Shown in pieces: positions 51,880-61,971 of a stretch of 64,000 nt of DNA. The position numbers were made by a program, and so were the translations under genes. The notes under the pieces are model-generated. The model searched no databases. It saw only the letters and a list, made by a program, of their open reading frames with translations, and was not told where the DNA came from. Source of the DNA: Anaeramoeba ignava BMAN (Eukaryota; Protista; Anaeramoebae); contig JAPDFW010000098.1 of NCBI GenBank assembly GCA_028826165.1, positions 51,173 through 115,172 of the forward strand, written 5' to 3'. How positions within the stretch are numbered: the stretch's first letter is position 1; the number at the start of each line of letters is the position of its first letter.

Positions 51880-54800
51880 TCAAAGTTTTTCTGTTGAATA
51901 AGATTCTTTTGCATATTTTTCAATAAAACTAATTTCATTTGGTTTTTTATTTCTCATTTCTTCAAGTTTATTAAGAATTATTAACAAAACAACAAAATCA
52001 TCTTTTTCTTCATCAGAATCATTTTTTGAATTTTGGAAATCAATTACTTGAATAAATTTTTCTGATTGAGCAAAAGAAACATATTCTTGTGAAATTTGAC
52101 TTGATAAATATTCAATTAAATATTTATAATTTTCAGGATATTTTGATAAAATTTTCAAAAAAGATTCAAAATTTGGAACACTTGAAATGAGATGATTTTT
52201 AAATTCTAAATCTTCTTTAGATGATCCAAATTTTTGAAGTATTTCCATTATAAAATCTGGATCTGTTTGAATGATTCCAGAATCCAAATATTGTAAAAAG
52301 ATACTATTTTAATTTTATAAATGAATTTTAATTTTATAAATGAATTTTAATTTTATAAATGAATTTTAATTTAATTTTAATTTTATAAATGAATTTTAAT
52401 TTTATAAATGAATTTTAATTTACTCTCTTGATAAACATAAATATGATAATCTACAATAATGAAAATGAAATTCTTTAGGAAAAGAAATGCGAAGATCTTC
52501 AATTGCTGAATAAAAATTCTGAAGAACTTGAAATGAAATTCTTCTTTTTTCTGGAATATTTAAATCATCAAGTGCTTTTTCAATTGATTGAATATTTTCA
52601 ACTTCCGATTTTTCATTTGAATCTTTTTGATTTTGAATAAAATCTAGATTTTTTTTGATATTTTCGCAACAATTAATATCACTAATTGAGCAATAAATAA
52701 GATTTTTTCTTGCTTTTGTAAGAGGAAAAGTGATTAAATTTTTCACGATAATTTTGAATAAATTTTCCAATTCTTCAATTTGTGCCTTAATATAAGTATC
52801 AGCTAATTTAAATGAAATGCTTGGTATTTGAATATAATGATTTATATGCGAAGAAAGGATTTCGCGATATATTTGTTGTGGATGTATTTCCATTTTATTT
52901 TTCTTTTTGCTTTGAGGTGTTTGATTTGTTCTTTGCAAATCATATTCATTTTGATTAATTTGAGAAATTAAACGTTTTGAATAAAGTTTTTGAACAGTTT
53001 TCACAAGTCTATGATGCTCAAATCTTTGGATTGTTTCTGTATTTTGTCCTTGTATTTGTGAGTGTCCATATTTTTTAAAATTTTGACGGAAACTTTTTGT
53101 TGGTTCATTTCTTTTTTTTCTATCAAGCTAAATTTAAAAATTAAAATAATAATTAAAATTTATAATAAAAATTTTAAATATTTTTGCATACCTCTTGCCT
53201 ATATGTTGATATTGTTGAAAGAGGAACTAAATCAAGTAGTATTTTTTTAACACTTTGAATTTCATCTTCAAGTGTTTTTTCCAAAATATTATGAAAAGTT
53301 GCTCCAACAATATATTCTTTCATAAAAAGTTGACTTATTGATTCTGGTGATTCCAGACATAAATGCATTAAAATTGATGAAAAAAATCGTTGATCTCTGA
53401 TATGAATAAACGCAATGTGTAAAACTTGTTGACAAAAAATTTGGTTGCTTTTACTCTTGACAAGATTAATTAATTGATTTCTATCAAATCTATATGAATA
53501 TATTAACAGTGTTTTTTGATCAATCAAATAATTTTCCATCGGAGTTGTTAATTTCTGTGATTCTTTTTGAGGAATATTAGTATATATTGCTGAAATATTT
53601 GCTGGATTACTATCTTTAGGATCTGTCATTTTTTCAATTGAAGTTGTATATTGTGGATCTTTATATTTTTTTTATATAAATTTAAATTGGTTTTTTTTTT
53701 TTTAAAAATTAAAAATTGGTTTTCTTTTTGAGAAAGAAAATTGTTTTCTCTTTAAACCTGTTAATAATAAAGAATCAGATGTATCATGAATTGAAGAGCA
53801 ATCAAGAAAAAGTATATAAATTCCAGGAATATATAATAACAATAATTCATCAATAGCTCCAAAAAAAACATGAACCTTTTGAATAAATTCTAAAGAACAA
53901 TTATTCAAAGGAATTTCTAAATCAAGTCTTTCATTTCTTTCCAAAATCCAAACAGAAATGTGAATAATTTTCAAATTATTATCTGATAAATTTTCAGATA
54001 AAACTTGGAAGCATAAACATGTAATATTCTATATAAAATATAGATATTAATTTTAAATATAATTTAAATTTTAAATATAATTTAAATTTTAAACAAACAT
54101 TTGAAATGGAAATTGTTTTGAGATTTGTAAAATTATTTGGTGAATTAAATCCTGTTGTAAAAAAATTATGATCATATTTTAAAGGAATAACTCTATTTTC
54201 ATTATAATAAAAAGGAATATCTAAAACCCAAGTTGTTTGGAGTTTAGTAGGACGTGAATGAAAAAGCCATCCAACCAATTCATAAAAAGGTCCTTTGTTT
54301 TTGATAAAAAATAATCTTTTTCTAATAGGATTATATTCGTACCAAACAAATCCATTTGATATTTCCTTTTTGGAAGTAATTTTATGGAATATTCTCTGCA
54401 AAAAAAAGCAAAGTTATTTTTTTTAATTATAAATTTAAATATAAATTTTCTCTTTGTTTTTATACTTCATTTGATTTATATTTAAAATATATTCTGCAAA
54501 TATTAATCATTGAACGATCTAAAATGAATATAAAAGAATCATATTTTTTTCCGTGTTGATGAGGTAAAAACTATTTTGAAAGAGAAAAAAAAATGTTTAA
54601 ATAATTTTTGTTTACAAAGTTGCTATAATTACAAAAGTTGTTTGAAATAATTTATTTTGAGCTGAAGTTTCAATTATTTGTGCTTTATTTCCAAGTATAA
54701 CAATATAGGATTGATAGTAATCTTTTAATAATTAAAAAAAATAATTTTTTTTTTAAAATGAGAATGAGAATTAAAAAAAAAAAACAAAAAAGAAAAATTA

Positions 54801-56810
54801 CTTTGTTTTATAGATTGAATTCCATTATAAGAAGTTTCTTCATTTTGAACTGATGTTGTCAAAGCTAAAAACAAAAACAAAAACAAAAACAAAAACATTT
54901 TTTTATAAAATAAATAAATAAATAAATTTTATATTGAAATTTTACCAAGAATTGAATGATTATAATTTAAGGAAGCACTAACACAAGTAAATCTTTTATA
55001 ATGTTTATAAATATTTGTCCTTTTATTTGGACTTATATCAAGAACATCAATAAAAGTTTTCATTTCTCCATCCTAAAAAACAATTTTTATAAATTTATAT
55101 TTATATTTATATTTATATTTATATTTATATTATTTATATTTATATTTATATTTATATTTATATTTATATTTAGATTTATATTTATATTTATGTTTATATT
55201 TATATTTATATTTATATTTATATTTATATTTATATTTATATTTATATTTATATTTAATTTTATATTTATATTTATAATTTATATTTATATTTATATTTTA
55301 TATTTATATTTATATTTATAATTTATATTTATATTTATATTTATATTTATATTTATGTTTTATATTTATATTTATATTTATATTTATATTTATATTTATA
55401 TTTATATTTATATTTATATTTATATTTATATTTTATATTTATATTTTATATTTATATTTATATTTATATTTATATTTATATTTATATTTATATTTATATT
55501 TATATTTATATTTATATTTATATTTATATTTATATTTATATTTATATTTATATTTATATTTATATTTATGTTTTTATATTTTTATATTTATATTTTATAT
55601 TTATATTTATATTTATATTTTTTTATATTTTTATATTTATATTTATATTTATATTTATATTTATATTTATATTTATATTTATATTTATATTTATATTTAT
55701 ATTTATATTTATATTTATATTTATATATATTTTTTATTTTTATTTTTATATTTTATATTTATATTTATTTATATGTTATTTATATTTTATATTTATATTT
55801 ATATTTATATTTATATTTATATTTATATTTATATTTTATGTTTATATTTATATTTATGTTTATATTTTATATTTTATATTTATATTTATATTTATATTTA
55901 TATTTTGTATATTTATATTTATATTTATATTTATGTTTTTATTTATTTTTATTTTTATTTTATATTTTATATTTATATTTTATATTTAATTTATATTTAT
56001 ATTTATATTTATATTTATATTTATATTTTATATTTATATTTATATTTTATTTATATTTATATTTATATTTATGTTTATATTTATATTTATATTTATATTT
56101 ATATTTAGATTTATATTTATATTTATATTTATATTTATATTTATATTTATATTTATATTTATATTTATATTTATATTTATATTTATATTTATATTTATAT
56201 TTATATTTATATTTTATATTTATATTTATATTTATAATTATATTTATAATTATATTTATATTTATAATTATATTTATATTTATATTTATATTTATATTTA
56301 TATTTATATTTATATTTATATTTATATTTAGATTTATAATTAGATTTATATTTATATTTATATTTATATTAAATTTTATATTTATATTTATATTTATATT
56401 TATATTTATATTTATATTTATATTTATATTTAATTTTATATTTATATTTATATTTATAATTATATTTATATTTAAATTTAAATTTGATAAAGAAATGTTT
56501 TGAAATAACAAACAATATCTTTTGAATCTCGTGCAATTAAAAGTTGTCCTTGAGTTGAATATCCAACAAGAACAACATTTTCTATTTTTTCTTCTTCTGT
56601 TAAAAACATTTCTTGAGAATATGATTTATATTTTGTTAAAGGTTGGTGATAAAATTCTTTTTCTGAAAAAGATGGACTTCTTTTAGGTAATTTTATGTGT
56701 TGTTTTGGAAATTTTTGTGTTGATATTGGTTTATGTAATTGATTTTCTGTTTTTAAAATGACATCTTCTATTTTAGATTTTAATGAAGAAATTAAATTTA
56801 AACGAAGCAT
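51880..56810 (-). CDS. GSAP: Gamma-secretase activating protein (GSAP/pigeon) homologue, multi-exon
   Basis: [46 protein letters not shown] and [22 protein letters not shown] correspond to remembered GSAP segments (LYTFEKDLQVFSCSVN, AEDFVWAQWD..QRLYYI, PPGFH..IDSGVL). Confidence 0.75.
55073..56513. repeat. GSAP intron 1: 1.4 kb (TATATT)n array
   Basis: Hexamer array between the GT and AG. Confidence 0.93.
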
Positions 56811-57147
56811 TTAAAAGAGAAAAAAAAATGAAAAAGAAAAAAATGAAAAATAAAAAAATGAAAAATAAAAAAAATGAAAAATAAAAATTTTTATTATTTT
56901 TAATTGAAAAAATTAGATTTTGGGAAAATTAAAAATGGAAAAATTGATCAATAAAAAATGATCAATAAAATAAAATTAAAACAAATTTCAAATTAAATTC
57001 AAATTAAATTCAAACCAAAAAGAAAAAAAAAAGAAAAACGTTTTCAATAAAATAAAATAAAAATTAAAATTAAAAAAATAAAAATCATTTTTTTTTTCGC
57101 TTTTTTTCTTAATTCAATTTTTTTCTTTTAAAAAAAAAGATTAAACA

Positions 57148-58907
57148 ATGTCAAACGTAGATAATGAAAAACAACAACTTCTTTATCCAGAACAACCAAA
57201 TCAAACAGATGAATATACTCCATATGATCAGTATTTTTTTTAAAAATTAAAATTAAAAATTAAATTAAATTTAAATTAAAAATTAAAAATTAAAAAATTA
57301 AATAGACCAAATTTTATTCAAGGACCTTTTGAACCACAAATTCAACCTCAATTTGCTCCTTATCAAAATCCTATTCAAAATCCTGTTCAATATCCTTATG
57401 TTGATTCATTTGCTCCAAATGTTCCTCCAATAGAACAACCACATCAACAACAGCAACAACAATATCAACAAACAGAACAACAACCACTAACAAGAAAAGA
57501 AAGAAGGAGATTAAGAAAAAGTTATCGTAGAAGAAGAGGTCTTATTTGGAAAGTTGTTATTGCAATGTAAATTTACAATTTATTTACAATTCAATTTAAT
57601 TTATTTACAATTTATTTTCAATTCAATATTTAATTCAATATTTAATTCAATTTAATTTAATATTTCAATTCAATATTTAATTTAATTCAATATTTAATTC
57701 AATTCAATATTTAATTCAATTCAATATTTAATTCAATTTATTTCAATTCAATTCAATTCAATTCAATTTAATTCAATTCAATTTAATTCAATATTTAATT
57801 CAATATTCAATACCCAATATCCAATATTCAATTCAATATTCAATTCAATATTCAATTCAATTTAATTCAATTCAATTCAATATTTAATATTTCAATTCAA
57901 TATTTAATATTTCAATTCAATATTTAATATTTCAATTCAATATTTAATATTTCAATTCAATATTTAATATTTCAATTCAATATTTAATTCAATTTAATTC
58001 AATTCAATTTAATTCAATATTTAATTCAATATTCAATTCAATATTCAATATTTAATTCAATATTTAATTCAATTTAATTCAATTCAATTTAATTCAATAT
58101 TTAATTCATTTTAATATTTAATATTTAATTCAATTCAATTTATTTACAATTTATTTTCAATTCAATTTAATATTCAATATTTCAATTTAATATTCAATAT
58201 TTAATTAGTGTTATTCTTATTATTGTTATTTCTGTTGTTGTTGCGGTTAAGAAGAAAAAATCAAACACAAAATATCCTTATTATGGTTCAGGAGAACAAG
58301 GTGAAGTTTGTCCATATCGTGCTTATTATTATTCAACTTCACAATATGTAAAAAAAAATATTGAAAAAAAATATTGAAAAAAAAAATATTGAAAAAAAAA
58401 TAATATTGAAAAAATGGAAATTAGAATTCTTTCTCTTATTGCTCCAATTACGATTATACTTGCACAAGAAATAACCTAGTAAAAGAAAATTCAACAAATT
58501 ATAATTTAATATTTACAACAACACCAGATAGTTGTTATCAAGATTTAGAAGCACTAACATGTGTACCAATGTCACCATATGTGAACTATTTTGCACCCCA
58601 AATCACACTTGGACAAACAGATCAACAAATAACCATTTGTGATTTTTATTGCGATACAGTTTATAGTGATTGCAAAGACGCATATTTTGATTGCTCATCT
58701 TCAAATCCTTTTCCTCATCAACATTGCAATGAAGCTGTTGGATCAATTTATCATGATTCTCAATCATTTTGTCAACAAGTTTTATATCTTTCCGTTTCTT
58801 CAGATAAACAACATTGTTTTGCTTCATTTGCTTTATCAATTTCTCCAAATTTCACAAATTTAATTTTGACAGTTTTGTTTTCAATTTTATTCTCATTTTT
58901 CTTTTAA
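57148..58907 (+). CDS. Membrane protein with a folate-receptor/FZ-like cysteine-rich ectodomain
   Basis: Exons 57148-57230, 57306-57566, 58209-58347 and 58425-58907. A P/Q/Y-rich N-terminus is followed by a basic run, a TM helix, the Cys pattern CYQDLEALTCVPMSP..ICDFYCDTVYSDCKD..SFC..C, and a hydrophobic C-terminus. Confidence 0.7.
57567..58208 (+). repeat. Intronic (ATTCA)/(AATATTT)n array
   Basis: Direct reading. Confidence 0.88.
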
Positions 58908-59109
58908 ATTGAAAACAAAAACAAAATTGAACAAAAACAAATTTAAATTCATTTCCAAAAGAATAAAAAGAAAAAAAAAGAATGAAATTTAACTTCTTTT
59001 TTGAGTTTATTTTAAAAAAGGAAAATGAAAGAAAAAAAAAAGAGAAAATTAAAAATTATTATTGAATTTTTTTCTTTTTAAATTTGTTTTAAAATTTGTT
59101 TTAAAATTT

Positions 59110-60218
59110 CTATTTCTTCTCATCTTTTTCTTTTTCTTTTTCTTCATCTTTTTCTTTTTCTTCATTCTTATCCAAATCAGAAATTTGAGACCATTGACCA
59201 TGATTATTTTGTTTCCAAAGAGAAGAATCACCATTTCCTAAAGAAACGGCCAAAAGAGAAGCATTAAAAGACCAACTAACTGACCAAACAGTATCATTAA
59301 AAGAATTTTGAAAAATTTTTTTCCACCGATTATCATTATCAGGAGCCCAAATAATAATAGATTTATCTTGCGAGCCTGAGGCGATAAGACCCTCTGGGGA
59401 ATATAACGCTGGGGACCAGTCAACTGAACGAATCCAATTTTTATGACCTTGTAAAACAACTTCATTTTCCCATTCTTCCTCGTCTGATAACGACCATATT
59501 TTAACCAAATTATCGCAGCCACCACTCACCATTTTCAATCGTGGTTTCGCTTTACTTTCTCCCCCAATATCATCGGCATTCACAGGCTCATATGGTCCCC
59601 AGCTGATCGCGTTTACTCCCATCTCATGTGCCTTAAATTTCTTCACTCCCCACCGTCCTGATTCTGTTGACAAACGGTGTACCGTGATCGTCCCATCTGA
59701 TGCTCCTGCTCCTAATACCAGTCCATACTCTTCAGGTCCAAAACTCACTGTGTTCACTGACAATTTGTTTTCTTGAAATTCATATGCTTTTTCCCATATG
59801 TTGTTTTGCGCATTTTTTTCTTTCCAAATTACTACTTTTTGATCGTTTCCGCACGATGCAAGAAATACTCCAAATTTCGGGTGACTCCAAGATAAAGCCC
59901 AAACAGGACCTTGATGTCTTTAATTTTTTCAATTTATTTAAATATAATTTTTCGATTAAATTTTTTCAATTTAATTTTTTAATTTAATTTCAATTTAATT
60001 TTTTTTAATTTAATTTTTTTCAATTTAATTTTTTTCAATTTAATTTTTTTCAATTTCTACCCTTTAATTGTTGCTACAAGTGTTTGTGTATCTTCTGTTA
60101 TTGTAAATATTTTAATTGTTCCGTCTAATGAACATGTTGCTAATTTTTTTCCATAAAAATCTATTTTGGCATCTTGTATATTTTCTTCATGATTTGGATT
60201 AAATGTTTGAGTTTGCAT
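59110..60218 (-). CDS. SEC13: COPII/nuclear pore WD40 protein SEC13
   Basis: Exons 60218-60061 and 59917-59110. Motifs [55 protein letters not shown] and ASGSQD. Confidence 0.96.
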
Positions 60219-60404
60219 TTTATTTTAAAAAAAAATTTAGAAAAATGAAAAATGAAAAATGAAAAATGAAAAATGAAAAATGAATTTAATTTTAATTTAT
60301 AATTTTGATATTGATTTGTTTGATTTTATTATTAATTTTGATTTTAATTTTAATTTTTAATTTTAATTTTGATTTTAATTTTAATTTTAATTTTAATTTT
60401 GATT

Positions 60405-60720
60405 TTAATTTTGATTATTAAATTTGTTAATTAATAAATCAAATAAATTTGGATTTGTTTCATTTAATTGAAAATAATCAATTCCTCTTTCTAATTCTCC
60501 AATTATTTCTTGTGTAATTTGAATTTCATCTTTAATTTGATTTGAATAAATCCAATATTCAAATATTTGAAATGATTTATTACTTAATTCACTATAATCT
60601 GTAACTTTATTAGATTTATCTTCTGTTACAGATAAAAACATTCCTCGATATAATTCACTTCTCATTATTAATATTAATTTAGGAAATTTATATTGTTTTT
60701 CTTTTCTTTCAATTATAAAA
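60405..60720 (-). pseudogene. 5'-truncated C-terminal BTB/POZ domain fragment
   Basis: The in-frame sequence FIIERKEKQYKFPKLILIMRSELYRGMF..FEYWIYS..IDYFQL begins abruptly at the edge of a tandem repeat. There is no upstream ATG or clear acceptor. Confidence 0.65.
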
Positions 60721-60730
60721 TATTTTAATT

Positions 60731-61155
60731 AATTTATTTCAAAAATGGAATAAAGAATATTAAATACTTAAATTTAAAATTAATTATATTTTATATATTT
60801 TATTAATATTTATTTATTTAAAATAATATAAAACTATTCCCAATAATTTAATAAAATAAATAAAATATTTTCATTAATTTATTTCAAAAATGGAATAAAG
60901 AATATTAAATAATTAAATTTAAAATTGATTATATTTTATATATTTTATTAATATTTATTTATTTAAAATAATATAAAACGATTCCCAATAATTTAATAAA
61001 ATAAATAAAATATTTTCATTAATTTATTTCAAAAATGGAATAAAGAATATTAAATAATTCAATTTCAAATTAATTATATTTTTATATATATTTATTAATA
61101 TTTCTTTATTTTAAAATAATATTTTTAAAACGATTCCCAATAATTTAATAAAATT
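60731..61155. repeat. 145-bp tandem repeat x~3
   Basis: AATTTATTTCAAAAATGGAATAAAGAATATTAAA starts at 60731, 60876 and 61021. Confidence 0.93.
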
Positions 61156-61170
61156 GAAAGAAAATTGAAA

Positions 61171-61500
61171 TATTTTAATAAAGATAAATATTTAATTTTA
61201 ATAGTATTTAAAAATAATTTAATTTAAATTTATTTTTTATTTTAATTTAGTATAATATTTTTATTTATTATATTAATATTTTTAATTATTTATTATTCCA
61301 ATTTTAATTATAATAAAAATATTAAAGAAAGTGGAATAAATATTTTAATAAAGATAAATATTTAATTTTAATAATATTTAATAATAATTTAATTTAAATT
61401 TATTATTTTAATTTTATTTTAATATAATATTTTTATTTATTAACTTAATATTTATAATTATTTATTATTCCAATTTTAATTATAATAAAATATATTAAAA
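61171..61500. repeat. 170-bp tandem repeat x2, imperfectly palindromic
   Basis: TATTTTAATAAAGATAAATATTTAATTTTAATA starts at 61171 and 61341. Confidence 0.9.
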
Positions 61501-61971
61501 ATAAAATTAAAAAATTAAAAAATTTTAAATAAATTGAATTTAACATGATTGAATAAGATAAACTTTCTAAAAAAATAATTTACTAATTATTCTATTTTTG
61601 ATTTTGATTATAATTTATTAATATTTAAATATTAATTAATAATAAATTTTATTTGATTTTTTATTTTAATATTTTAATTAATGAATTTAAATTTAATTAT
61701 TATTAATTTCTATTTTCAATTTTTATTTTTATTTATTATATTAAAAATATTCAATTTTTTAAAATTTATTATTTTTTTTTTTGGATTATTTTTTATTAAT
61801 TAAATTTTTAATAAATATTTTAAATTAAAATTAAATTATTTAAAATTAAATTTGTTTCTTATTTATTGATTTAAAGAAATTAAATTGATTAAAAGTAAAT
61901 TAAAATTGAATTAAATTTTGAAAAAAAAAAATTAAAAAAAAAAGTTTGATTTTCTTATTATTAATTAATTT

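Noticed and set aside
703-56511. Long ORFs made of IL, KI, YL, FN, FD, INLI or FKFH repeats
   Set aside because: They are stop-free frames of intronic or intergenic microsatellites, or shadow frames of coding repeats.
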